Part shown: in pieces, positions 9,796-18,959 of the stretch
Numbering within the stretch: position 1 is the first letter of the stretch
How the letters are laid out: every line of letters begins with the position of its first letter
Source: a virus
DNA: 64,000 nt
Direction: 5' to 3' (one strand)
IMG/VR virus record: IMGVR_UViG_3300047323_000673
Span: 116,808-180,807 of that record
Notes under the pieces: generated by a model
What the model was told of the DNA's origin: nothing
Databases searched by the model: none
The model's input: only the letters and a program-made list of their open reading frames with translations
Position numbers and translations under genes: made by a program

Positions 9796-10952
9796 AGTTT
9801 TGGTTTTTTACTTTCTATTTTATTTAAGTTATTAGAGAATTCCTTGTTTAATTCATTTGCTAACTTATTTGTCTCATATAATTTATATAGCTCAGGAACA
9901 CTTTTTAAAATTTGAACAAATAATGTATCACTATCAGAATTTGGTGCTATATATTTATAATCTTCAACAATATATCTTAATACTTCGTATTGATATTCAT
10001 CATCATCATTCATTTGCTCATAGTGTATATGATAAATCCACTCAATACTTTCTGTTATATCTATATGATATTTTAAATTTGAATCTGTTAATAAAAAATG
10101 AGCAATATCTGCACTATCATTCCTTAAAACACTTCTAAAAATAATGTCATGGTAAGTATGTATATCGGCATGTTCTTTTAACTCTAGCGAAGTGGTTAAA
10201 TATTTTACTAACTCTAAATTGTCGTTTAATACAGAATTTTTAAGTGCTTGGTTATTGTCAGCATGTATATTGGCATGTTCTTTTAAATTGTTATCTGTTA
10301 AAAGAAATTTCGCAATATTGATATGACCTTTATCGCAAGATACAATTAATGCTCTATCATCTAAGAAATGAATGTCGGCATTTTTAGGTATGTCTTGATC
10401 AAGTAATAAAAACTTTACCATTGCAAGATCATTGCGTTCACAAGCCTTAACAAGTAATTCATCCATATTAAAAAGTTTACCAGCCACAACAACTGCATTA
10501 TATTGTTGGTAGCCAGTCCCCATTATATTGGATTTAACTGCTTCCTTAACTCCATCTGAAGTTAATATTAACTTTACTATTTCATGTTTACCACTACTAA
10601 AAGCTGTATTGAAAAGAGTATCTAAATTAGATTGAACTATTGTGTCATTTAATAAATATTCAATTATATGTTTTTGATTTTTATAACAAGCAGATTCACA
10701 TCCATCTATAAGCGAAAAAGATAGACTAGAAGAATATGTATGAAATTTCTTAACGATATCAATATGTCCACCGCCACATGCCATAATGAAAGCCATATTA
10801 TGATAGCTTTGATTTATTTTTTCTAACAGTTGTTTATTATCTATAATACATGAAATTGCTTCTAAATTACCATCGTAACATAACTGTACAAAAGTAGCAG
10901 TTAAATTTTGTTGGCTTAGCTTTATATATTCATTAAAGTAATCTGTGGACAT
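9792..10952 (-). CDS. Ankyrin-like repeat protein (long) with C-terminal basic tail (KKPKL)
   Basis: ACGGGHIDIVK, ACERNDLAMVKFL, SCDKGHINIAKFL, KEHANIH repeats. Confidence 0.85.
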   Translation of the reverse strand: MSTDYFNEYIKLSQQNLTATFVQLCYDGNLEAISCIIDNKQLLEKINQSYHNMAFIMACGGGHIDIVKKFHTYSSSLSFSLIDGCESACYKNQKHIIEYLLNDTIVQSNLDTLFNTAFSSGKHEIVKLILTSDGVKEAVKSNIMGTGYQQYNAVVVAGKLFNMDELLVKACERNDLAMVKFLLLDQDIPKNADIHFLDDRALIVSCDKGHINIAKFLLTDNNLKEHANIHADNNQALKNSVLNDNLELVKYLTTSLELKEHADIHTYHDIIFRSVLRNDSADIAHFLLTDSNLKYHIDITESIEWIYHIHYEQMNDDDEYQYEVLRYIVEDYKYIAPNSDSDTLFVQILKSVPELYKLYETNKLANELNKEFSNNLNKIESKKPKL

Positions 10953-10961
10953 AATGTGATA

Positions 10962-12338
10962 TTAAATTTTTAATTTTTTCTGTTCATTTCTATTTAATTT
11001 ATTTTCTTTATTTAATTCATTAGTAAGTTGAATTGTCCTAAAAGCCTTTTTTAATTCAGGATTAGATTCTAACATTTCTTCTATATCTTGAGTAAATTCT
11101 GGATTATTAGTAAATATTTTATGCTCATAAACCAAATATGTTAGAACTTTCATATCATAATGATAGTTAGTTTCAGTTATATTATCATTAACATTAACTA
11201 AATGTTGTTCTTTTAATTCTTGAAAATTTTTAAAAATATCAGGATGGGTTTTTAATTTTGGACTTTCTAAAAAAAACTCTACTACTTCTTTATGATCACC
11301 TTTAAATGCTAAATATAAAGCATAATCATTTTGTGCATGAATATCAGCATGATCTTTTAATTCAGGAGAAGTTGTGAGGTAATCAACTAAATGTAAATTT
11401 CCTTCTTTTGCAGCATATAAGAGTGGAGAATCTTCTTGTGCATGAATATTAGCATGTTCTTTTAATTCAGGTGAAGTTAATAAATACTTAACAGTTTCTA
11501 AGTGTCCTCTATGACAAGCATGCAAAAGTGCGGTGTCATCATTAGCATGGATGTCTACCTGTTTATCAGGATCTGAATGAAGTAGAAGATGTTTGATTAA
11601 GGGTAAATAATTGTGTTCACATGCTTTAAAAAATAGTTTTGTTAAAATATTGTTAGGTAAAAATATGTGTTTTTCTTCACAATAAATTAATAGATAGTGG
11701 GATAATTCGGGCTTGATAGTGGTATTATATTTTACAGGATTAATTAAGCCAATAAAATTAATAGTTTGTCTAGCTTCATGAGGAATAGCAGCATCATTTA
11801 AATAAAATCTAATTAATTCAAGATTATTATTGGTGTATGCTTCTATTAATAATTTTTTTAATTCAAAACCAAATTGATCAATCATAATAATCCCCTCATT
11901 CAATCGAGGATTATTTTTATTTAATTCAATAACAGAAGAGTCAGTCAATACTTGTTTAATTAAACTTAAGTTGTTTTCAGAAATAGCTTTTTTCATTATT
12001 GGATGCAAAATATTTTTTTTGGAATGAAATAAGTATTGAACAACATCTTTATGATTTTCTTGTAAAGCACAAACTACACTATCATACAGTTCAACATTAT
12101 GGAGCTTATTATTTTTATGAAGTTCTTGAACAACATTAATATGTCCATTAAGGCAAGCTAATTCCAATCCATTACTTATGTGTTCGTATTGTATTTTGTA
12201 TTGTAATTCTTCGTGTTCTAAAATCCAAGCAACCGAATCTAAATCACCTTTGCTACAAGCATTAATAAATAAAATGCCCAATATAGATTTAGATGCATTT
12301 ATATATTTTTTTTGTAAATCTTCAGATAAATAATTCAT
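10962..12338 (-). CDS. Ankyrin-like repeat protein (longest, first in operon) with C-terminal basic tail (KKLKI)
   Basis: ACLNGHINVVQEL, ACHRGHLETVKYLLTSPELKEHANIH, AAKEGNLHLVDYL; internal DNA repeat with 105-bp period. Confidence 0.87.
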   Translation of the reverse strand: MNYLSEDLQKKYINASKSILGILFINACSKGDLDSVAWILEHEELQYKIQYEHISNGLELACLNGHINVVQELHKNNKLHNVELYDSVVCALQENHKDVVQYLFHSKKNILHPIMKKAISENNLSLIKQVLTDSSVIELNKNNPRLNEGIIMIDQFGFELKKLLIEAYTNNNLELIRFYLNDAAIPHEARQTINFIGLINPVKYNTTIKPELSHYLLIYCEEKHIFLPNNILTKLFFKACEHNYLPLIKHLLLHSDPDKQVDIHANDDTALLHACHRGHLETVKYLLTSPELKEHANIHAQEDSPLLYAAKEGNLHLVDYLTTSPELKDHADIHAQNDYALYLAFKGDHKEVVEFFLESPKLKTHPDIFKNFQELKEQHLVNVNDNITETNYHYDMKVLTYLVYEHKIFTNNPEFTQDIEEMLESNPELKKAFRTIQLTNELNKENKLNRNEQKKLKI

Positions 12339-12363
12339 GCTATTATAATAATTAACTATTCTT

Positions 12364-12392
12364 ATTATAAACGATTAAAAAGATAGAGTAAA
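12364..12392 (-). promoter_or_regulatory. Sigma70-type promoter for the ankyrin array
   Basis: TTTACT-N17-TATAAT on the minus strand, about 25 nt upstream of the 12338 start. Confidence 0.6.
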
Positions 12393-12455
12393 ATCTTAAT
12401 GAAAAAATATAAATTGGAAAGAAGCAACATAATGGTTATGTTGAAATACAAAATT

Positions 12456-12482
12456 AAAAAGCCTCCAGTTTGGAGGCTTTTT
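12456..12482. terminator. Intrinsic terminator after pncB (bidirectional form)
   Basis: AAAAAGCCTCCA-GTT-TGGAGGCTTTTT. Confidence 0.8.
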
Positions 12483-12501
12483 GTAATTACTTAATGCTTA
12501 A

Positions 12502-13695
12502 TTATTCTTTAATTTCAAACACTTGTTTCAAGTAAGTCAAATATTCATCGTTTTTGCACATGGTTTTACCTGGCGAATCACTGATTTTGGCAACAGGTGA
12601 GCCGTTGCATTCAGTCATTTTAATCACGATATTCAGTGCTTTTACACCCATATCGTTAGTCAAATTAGTGCCAATACCGAAGAACATTTTTGCCTGACCT
12701 TCAAAGGTTTTGTAAATATCAATCGCTTTCGGAACATCAAGACCATCCGAGAATACAAGACTCTTGGTTTTTGGATCGATTTTCATTTTCTTGTAGTGAT
12801 CAATAAATTTTTGAGCCCATTCTTTTGCATCACCACTATCATGACGAACACCATCAAATAGTTTGCAGAAATAAAGGTCAAAATCACGCAAGAAAGCATC
12901 AGTTCCGACAACATCAGTCAATGCGATAGCGACATCACCACGATATTCTTGAACCCAATTTTCAAGAGCATATTTTTGGCTATCACGCAGGCGAGGTCCC
13001 AATGCTTGGCAAGCTTGCAGATATTCATGAGCCATTGTGCCAACTGGAGTCAAATTATATTTCATTGCGAACAAAACATTACTAGTGCCAGTAAAATTGG
13101 TTGGCAGTGATTCCTTCAAAGCCTTGACAACTTGTTCGTGCCATTGACGCGAAAAACGGCGGCGAGTACCGAAATCCGAGAATTTAAAGTCTTCATGATT
13201 AAAATCTTGAAGCATCTTAATTTTCTCAGCAAGACGCTTGCGACCTTCTACATAAAGCTCATCACTACCATATTGACGGAAATAAACTTCATTAACAATT
13301 GCTAGAACAGGAACTTCAAATAGAATGGTATGAACCCAAGGGCCACGAATAACAATATCAATTTCTTCGTCATCCAATTGAACAACATTAATATATTGGC
13401 GTTGCATACGGAAGATGTTCAAGAATGCAATGTAGTCAGGCTTGAAGTATGCACGAGTGCTTAGATAATCAAGTTCTTCTTTAGTGAATTCAAGAGTGCA
13501 AAGATGGTCAATTTGACGATTGATCTCATCAATATATTTAACCATGTTGGCACCTTTAGTGCGGCACTTAAAATGAAATTCAACATTATGAGCATGAGGG
13601 AATTGATGTAGAACCGTTTGCTGCATAGTAAATTTATACAGATCAGTATCCAACAGCGAAGTGATGATAGGGTTGAATTCTTGTGCTTTAGTCAT
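12502..13695 (-). CDS. pncB: Nicotinate phosphoribosyltransferase
   Basis: [52 protein letters not shown] and [10 protein letters not shown] motifs. Confidence 0.95.
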   Translation of the reverse strand: MTKAQEFNPIITSLLDTDLYKFTMQQTVLHQFPHAHNVEFHFKCRTKGANMVKYIDEINRQIDHLCTLEFTKEELDYLSTRAYFKPDYIAFLNIFRMQRQYINVVQLDDEEIDIVIRGPWVHTILFEVPVLAIVNEVYFRQYGSDELYVEGRKRLAEKIKMLQDFNHEDFKFSDFGTRRRFSRQWHEQVVKALKESLPTNFTGTSNVLFAMKYNLTPVGTMAHEYLQACQALGPRLRDSQKYALENWVQEYRGDVAIALTDVVGTDAFLRDFDLYFCKLFDGVRHDSGDAKEWAQKFIDHYKKMKIDPKTKSLVFSDGLDVPKAIDIYKTFEGQAKMFFGIGTNLTNDMGVKALNIVIKMTECNGSPVAKISDSPGKTMCKNDEYLTYLKQVFEIKE

Positions 13696-13728
13696 TTTTA
13701 TTACTCCGTTTTATTGTTCAGTGAGGCT

Positions 13729-13764
13729 AGTATATTCTACTTAGTTGGAAAAGTCAACTAAGTA
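13729..13764 (-). promoter_or_regulatory. pncB promoter with overlapping palindromic operator (candidate NrtR box)
   Basis: TTGACT-N17-TATACT (13757..13729) overlapped by the perfect inverted repeat TACTTAGTTG-N7-CAACTAAGTA (13738..13764). Confidence 0.8.
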
Positions 13765-13797
13765 TTTAAAATATTTTAAGGTTGTTGCCCAAAAGAA

Positions 13798-13820
13798 TAA
13801 AGCCCGTTCAACAGGCTTTA
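13798..13820. terminator. Probable terminator after 13824..14339
   Basis: TAAAGCC-cgttcaaca-GGCTTTA. Confidence 0.55.
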
Positions 13821-13823
13821 TCT

Positions 13824-14339
13824 TCATTTGCTTGAATCATTAATATCAGATTCATAATGATGGTCATATTTTTTAAATATTTGCTGCACATACTCATCTT
13901 GAGTATGATATTTTAACAAAGACATTTGACCCTCACTATATTTATATAAATCTATTAAAGTCATAAAATTAATTGTTTTATTATGTCTTAAATGAACAGC
14001 CAACTGTCTGCCCAATATAGGACATATTTCACCTAAATTGTCCCAGTGGACTAACCATTTAGATTGCACAGGAAAGCCCTTAGTCATAGCTATAGCAATT
14101 TTAATAATCAGGATTTTGGCAACAAACCACACAGTTTCAATCAGCCAGATTTTTACAATTTCCCAAATATGTGAAAAATTTTTCTCTAAGGAATCAATAT
14201 TCATAAGCAAATCAAAAAGCTTATTGTCTTGAAAATAATGCCAACTATTTTTAACCCATAATAGTAAAGCTAACATTATTGATATTTTTAAAACCCATAA
14301 GAAACTATTATAGGCAATTCTAAATTGGCGAAAGTTCAT
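13824..14339 (-). CDS. Hypothetical membrane protein
   Basis: 171-aa ORF with two hydrophobic segments; no family recognised. Confidence 0.6.
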   Translation of the reverse strand: MNFRQFRIAYNSFLWVLKISIMLALLLWVKNSWHYFQDNKLFDLLMNIDSLEKNFSHIWEIVKIWLIETVWFVAKILIIKIAIAMTKGFPVQSKWLVHWDNLGEICPILGRQLAVHLRHNKTINFMTLIDLYKYSEGQMSLLKYHTQDEYVQQIFKKYDHHYESDINDSSK

Positions 14340-14412
14340 ATTTTAACCTTATATTATGTCTGTGACAGATATTTTCATTGAAAATAATAAAAATGTATAA
14401 ATAATCAAGTGC

Positions 14413-14445
14413 TTAGTTGCTTTTTCCAACTAACTGAGTTATAAT
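14413..14445 (+). promoter_or_regulatory. nadD-like/nrtR promoter with palindromic operator (candidate NrtR box)
   Basis: TTGCTT-N17-TATAAT (14417..14445) overlapped by TTAGTTG-N7-CAACTAA (14413..14433), the same core as the pncB site. Confidence 0.8.
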
Positions 14446-14473
14446 GTCTAAAATCACGATAAAAGAAGGTTAT

Positions 14474-15007
14474 ATGCGAAAAATTGGACTTTTTGGTGTA
14501 ACAGGTAATCCACCACATTTGGGGCATTTAAAGGCAGTAAAAGAGGCAATAAATTCTTGTGATGAAGTTTGGGTATCTCCAGTATATATCCATCCATTTA
14601 ACAAGAAATTTATTGACTACTCTCATCGCCTTGCAATGCTGAATTTATTATTTGAAGGATTGGATAAGGTTAAAATTGTAGAGCTAGATAAAGAATTTTT
14701 TCTCAAAAACAATAAAACTCCATATAGTTACGACTTATTGAAGTTTATGAAAGATGAAAACAAAGATATTTCTCCATTATTAGTAATTGGAGAGGACAAT
14801 TATAAAGAAAATGTATGGCAAAAATTTTATTTTCATGATAAAATTGAATCAGAATTTGGATTAATTGTAGTAAAAGATTCTGGTGCTCATAGCACTCAAG
14901 TTCGTTCGTTTTGTCATGATGGTAATTGGGCAATGGTTGCTCAAGAGTGTGGACAGCCAGTTGCTGAATACTTAAGAAAAAATCAAATTAATTATGTTGG
15001 AGATTAA
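14474..15007 (+). CDS. nadD: Nicotinate/nicotinamide mononucleotide adenylyltransferase-like (cytidylyltransferase family)
   Basis: IGLFGVTGNPPHLGH (HxGH), PFNK, HSTQVR. Start moved to 14474 (AGAAGG upstream) because the ATG at 14444 lies inside the -10 box. Confidence 0.8.
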   Translation: MRKIGLFGVTGNPPHLGHLKAVKEAINSCDEVWVSPVYIHPFNKKFIDYSHRLAMLNLLFEGLDKVKIVELDKEFFLKNNKTPYSYDLLKFMKDENKDISPLLVIGEDNYKENVWQKFYFHDKIESEFGLIVVKDSGAHSTQVRSFCHDGNWAMVAQECGQPVAEYLRKNQINYVGD

Positions 15008-15008
15008 A

Positions 15009-15713
15009 ATGAGTCATGATAATCCGAATTTAGAGAAAAATATGTTTGTTGCTAGTGTAGATCCTGTTATTTTTTCTATCATTAATAATGAACTACACAT
15101 TCTGCTGATTAAGCGCACAAGTAATGACCCTAAAAAGCCAGATATCTTTGAAGGTTATTGGGCTTTCCCTGGTGGGTTAATGGAGCATGGGGATTCATCT
15201 ATGGAGGCCGCAGTTAGCCGCGTTTTGGCTAATAAAACTGGTGCCAAAGTTAATTATATGGAACAACTGAATTCTCGCAAAAATCACGATCCTCGTGGAG
15301 CAACGATTTCAATTTCTTATATTGCTCTTGTTGATGAACAAAAAGTAAAAGAAAATGCTGTTTGGATGCCTTTGAGTGAAGTGAGGAAAACTGTATTAGC
15401 TTTTGACCATAATGGTGTTGTTGATGTTGCTATTGAGCGTTTAACTAGTAAGGTTAATTATTCAACACTGCCAATGCATTTTCTTCCACAACCATTTACT
15501 CTGCCTAAATTACAGAAAGTTTATGAGATTTTGTTAGGTGAGGAGTTAGATAAAAGCACTTTCCGTGAAAAGATTAAAGAAACCAATGCTATTTACAAAA
15601 CTGGTGAAAAGATTAAAGAAGGTCCACATCGACCATCTGATCTTTATCGCTTAGTGAATGATAAAGTGCATAATTTTGATAGCAATATTATTCGTTCTTC
15701 ACAGAAAGCATAA
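15009..15713 (+). CDS. nrtR: NrtR-like Nudix-fold plus winged-helix regulator
   Basis: SVDPVIF, LLIKR, WAFPGG, DPRG, LAFDH, then FTLPKLQKVYEILLG..LDKSTFR and GPHRPSDLY. The Nudix box lacks the canonical glutamates. Start is 1 nt after the nadD-like stop. Confidence 0.85.
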   Translation: MSHDNPNLEKNMFVASVDPVIFSIINNELHILLIKRTSNDPKKPDIFEGYWAFPGGLMEHGDSSMEAAVSRVLANKTGAKVNYMEQLNSRKNHDPRGATISISYIALVDEQKVKENAVWMPLSEVRKTVLAFDHNGVVDVAIERLTSKVNYSTLPMHFLPQPFTLPKLQKVYEILLGEELDKSTFREKIKETNAIYKTGEKIKEGPHRPSDLYRLVNDKVHNFDSNIIRSSQKA

Positions 15714-15729
15714 ATTAAAGGAAATAATC

Positions 15730-16773
15730 GTGAAATCAACTAATATTAATGTTTTCTCCCTATTGGAGCTTTCAGACCAAGAAATCATTAATACTATGAA
15801 GTCATTAATGTCTGAAGGAATCAGTATTAATGATGTTCTTGGAGATGAAAATCACCAATATACTATGATGCATGCTTGCTGCTTTTTCTTAAAAGATAAA
15901 GCACTTGCATGGATGCTTGAAAATGGTGCTGAAGTTGATATGAAATGCTCTACCACGACTGCTCTTGGGATGTTAGTAAGTAATTTTTTTTCAAATAAGG
16001 AAAGAGGGACAAACTATTGGTCAAAGTTTCGTGCTTGTTTAGCTATTTTAAAAAAGCATGAGGCTAATTTTGATATTCTGAATCATGAAAAGAAAAAGCC
16101 TCTTTTTGCTCTTTTAGAATATGAGAAAACCAAAATTCCCCAAGAGATTATGAATATCTTCTTTGATAGAACTACTTTAAAAGAGAAGAAAGGGATGAAT
16201 ATTGTTGATGCTTTACTAAAAAACGAAATAAACTTTACTCCTACAAACATTAATTATATTGTAGAGAAGAAATCTTATGATTTAAATAGTAAAAATGAAC
16301 CTCAAAATTCGCTTGCTTTTAGCTTAGCAAACCTTCCTGAAAAGATTTTCAAGAAGATGAAAAAAGCAATTGAAAGTATTTATGAAAAGTATAGTTTTAA
16401 ACTGAATATTCCCAATAACACTAAAAATGTTAAAGCAATATCAGTTCAGCCAATTGAGGTGGCCATTACTAAGAAAAATTTAAGTTTTTTTAAGTTTATC
16501 TTAGAAAAATGTCCTGAAATTATTAAGCATAAATTCGGGACTATGGACTTGACCCAATATTGTGCTATGGTTGGATTCAAAGATGGATTAAAATTTATGT
16601 TGACATCTAATCAATTTGATTGGGAGAATAAAGACGAACTTGTAAATATTTGTTCTAGAGCTAAAGACAAAGGATTGGTCAAAAAAGAACATATGAAACA
16701 TTTATATGATTCTTTCAGTGCAGAATTGACCACCAATGTCCCCGTAAAACCAGTAAAGCGAATGAAGTTGTAA
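15730..16773 (+). CDS. Hypothetical protein with weak ankyrin-like repeat and C-terminal basic tail (KRMKL)
   Basis: Likely GTG start at 15730 after AAGGA; TMMHACCFFLKDKALAWMLENGAEVD resembles one ankyrin repeat. Confidence 0.65.
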   Translation: MKSTNINVFSLLELSDQEIINTMKSLMSEGISINDVLGDENHQYTMMHACCFFLKDKALAWMLENGAEVDMKCSTTTALGMLVSNFFSNKERGTNYWSKFRACLAILKKHEANFDILNHEKKKPLFALLEYEKTKIPQEIMNIFFDRTTLKEKKGMNIVDALLKNEINFTPTNINYIVEKKSYDLNSKNEPQNSLAFSLANLPEKIFKKMKKAIESIYEKYSFKLNIPNNTKNVKAISVQPIEVAITKKNLSFFKFILEKCPEIIKHKFGTMDLTQYCAMVGFKDGLKFMLTSNQFDWENKDELVNICSRAKDKGLVKKEHMKHLYDSFSAELTTNVPVKPVKRMKL

Positions 16774-16777
16774 AATT

Positions 16778-16806
16778 AAAGCCCTAGTTAAAGCTAGGGC
16801 TTTTTT
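16778..16806. terminator. Bidirectional intrinsic terminator
   Basis: AAAGCCCTAG-TTAAAG-CTAGGGCTTTTTT between convergent genes. Confidence 0.85.
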
Positions 16807-17425
16807 ATCGTGAAAGTTTTAACTCTTTAATAATCGCTAATGCAGCATCTGCTCCCTCTTCTTTATAAACTTTCTTAACAAGAGCTTGCTTCGCTGCAAA
16901 ATCTTCAATTTCTTGAGTAGTCCACATTTTTCTCATCTCTATTTTAGGAATCTTTAAACTTGTAAGTGAATTCCTAAGGTTATAAAGTTGAGTTGAAATT
17001 TCAGGGAATGATTGCCATGAAACTCCATTAATTTCATCAATAGCTAAGTCCATAATCCAGTTGTCTTTTTTATTAACTAAGGATTCTTTAGCAGTGATTA
17101 TATATTTCTTATAAGCTTGTTCAGGTTTAAGGCATGCTAGGAATGCAGCAAATGCTGAACATTTATGAGGATTAAAAGTGCATAAATCGAAAATAAGATC
17201 TTCATTAATGCTACCTAATGCTCTTAATAAAATATAGTGGTTATCCAAAGGTTCACATAAAACATTAGGGTATAGATTTAAAATATCTTTTAAATCTTCA
17301 CCAAGTTCTATGGTATCTTTTAAAAAAATATTTAAACTATTTTCAGAACGATACCAACCTTTGGGTACTAGATTTACCAAGGCAAATACATCATATTCAT
17401 CAAATGTGTTATTTTTTTCATTCAT
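16805..17425 (-). CDS. Hypothetical protein
   Basis: 206-aa ORF; no family recognised. Confidence 0.6.
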   Translation of the reverse strand: MNEKNNTFDEYDVFALVNLVPKGWYRSENSLNIFLKDTIELGEDLKDILNLYPNVLCEPLDNHYILLRALGSINEDLIFDLCTFNPHKCSAFAAFLACLKPEQAYKKYIITAKESLVNKKDNWIMDLAIDEINGVSWQSFPEISTQLYNLRNSLTSLKIPKIEMRKMWTTQEIEDFAAKQALVKKVYKEEGADAALAIIKELKLSR

Positions 17426-17440
17426 ATTATACCCAATTAA

Positions 17441-17466
17441 AAATAGACCTAATTTTAGGTCTATTT
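17441..17466. terminator. Hairpin, probable terminator
   Basis: Perfect 12-bp inverted repeat AAATAGACCTAA-TT-TTAGGTCTATTT. Confidence 0.55.
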
Positions 17467-17487
17467 AATTATAGCATAAGTTGATAA

Positions 17488-18183
17488 TTATTTCTTCTTT
17501 TTATTAAGAAGGTTTTCTTCTCTAAACTGCTTAAACTCATCAGTATTAAGCTTTTTGTTACCAACAGAAATATATTCAATTGCATACATGCTTTCGTCCA
17601 TTTTTTGCATATCAACAAAGACATGAGTCATATTTAATGCTTTTTTAAAACCGAAAATAACGAATTCTTTTAAAAAAGATAGCATTTCTTCTGCTTGCTC
17701 TCCTTCAGCATCTTTTACTCTCATGCATGAAAGAATTGCTGGGAACCATTGATTCACAATTTCTTCAGTTTGAAGAATATGTTTACTGCCAATATAACCA
17801 TAATCTTTTAAAAAATATCCTTGGAAAGTAATTTCAAAGGGTGAACTTCCTTCAAAACTATTTTTTTGAATATTCATTTCATTTTCATCAAAATAGACCT
17901 CTTGATTAATTTGTGTCATTAACTCATTAATAGTTTGTTCTAAATATTTTCCACGATTAATATGGAAAGTAAAAGTAACTGGTTTTGGATTCATTCGTGA
18001 AATTCGCTCTTTAATTACTCTATCACTAACTTGGAAAGTTAAGTCCGTAATATATAAAGAAACTTTTGATTCTTTGTCCTCTTCTGACTCATTAACAAGA
18101 GTCTTTGCATATGCTGGAACTTTTGTTGATACAACATGATTGAGCTTATGTTTAATTTCTTTTGTGATTTCTTGAATATCCAT
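17488..18183 (-). CDS. Hypothetical protein
   Basis: 231-aa ORF with AGGAA ribosome-binding site; no family recognised. Confidence 0.6.
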   Translation of the reverse strand: MDIQEITKEIKHKLNHVVSTKVPAYAKTLVNESEEDKESKVSLYITDLTFQVSDRVIKERISRMNPKPVTFTFHINRGKYLEQTINELMTQINQEVYFDENEMNIQKNSFEGSSPFEITFQGYFLKDYGYIGSKHILQTEEIVNQWFPAILSCMRVKDAEGEQAEEMLSFLKEFVIFGFKKALNMTHVFVDMQKMDESMYAIEYISVGNKKLNTDEFKQFREENLLNKKKK

Positions 18184-18320
18184 TTTTTTCCTTGTTTAAA
18201 ATGCGAGAGCATTATTAAATATTTTATGAATTAAGTCAAATTTCTAATTAAAATAGTTGTGTTAAATATCTGTTAGTGTATAATTAAATTACTGAATAAA
18301 TAAAATAGGAGGAAAAGATT

Positions 18321-18956
18321 ATGACCCACCTTACTGACAATACTTATCAGCGTCTTTTCATTTCTATGCGTTATTGGTTGATTGGCATCTCCAAAAATGA
18401 CAAACAATTTGAGCCAGCATTGGAAGCTCTCGAATATGCTAAAAATATTCACATTGGTTTTCGTAAAGATGGTAAAACACCAGAATTTCAACATCAAATC
18501 GAAATTTGTCATTATTTGAGAACTTTGGTCGATGGACTAATGTATCCTGGTGCTACTTTAGCTGCGGCCTTCCTTCATGATGTTCCTGAAGATTATGATA
18601 TTTCTTTTGAAGAATTAGAAAGGAAATTTGGTAAGCAAATTAGTGATGCAGTTTGGCTTTTGACCAAACAATATCGTGGTGAGAAAAAAGATATTGAAGT
18701 TTATTTTGATGAAATGGCACATTGCCCAATTGCTAGTGTAATTAAAGGTGCTGACCGAATTAATAATCATCAAACTATGCATCCAGTTTTCAAACCAGAA
18801 AAGCAGCAATCTTATATTTTAGAAACAGATAATCATATTATTCCGATGCTTAAAAAAGCTCGTCATATTCATGTTCGTCAAGAGCATATTTATGAAAATA
18901 TTAAATTTGTTTTGAAATCACAAATGGCAATGGTCAACCATCGCCTAAATGGTTAA
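18321..18956 (+). CDS. HD-domain protein, RelA/SpoT hydrolase-like (small alarmone hydrolase type)
   Basis: YAKNIHIGFRKDGKTPEFQH, AAAFLHDVPED, AVWLLTK and VIKGADRINN match the (p)ppGpp hydrolase HD pattern; AGGAGG RBS. Confidence 0.8.
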   Translation: MTHLTDNTYQRLFISMRYWLIGISKNDKQFEPALEALEYAKNIHIGFRKDGKTPEFQHQIEICHYLRTLVDGLMYPGATLAAAFLHDVPEDYDISFEELERKFGKQISDAVWLLTKQYRGEKKDIEVYFDEMAHCPIASVIKGADRINNHQTMHPVFKPEKQQSYILETDNHIIPMLKKARHIHVRQEHIYENIKFVLKSQMAMVNHRLNG

Positions 18957-18959
18957 AAA

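Noticed and set aside
999-10138. Short plus-strand ORFs inside the ankyrin array (999..1205, 1543..1725, 2660..2866, 9119..9421, 9857..10138)
   Set aside because: They are antisense shadows of well-supported minus-strand genes, with no RBS or recognisable motifs.
353-12338. Tail as ER-retrieval di-lysine, PDZ ligand or peroxisomal PTS1
   Set aside because: The lysines are at -2, -4 and -5 rather than -3/-4 or -3/-5, and the proteins are soluble. The -3 residue is usually large (L, I, M, R), unlike the PTS1 consensus; only PKL fits a known variant.
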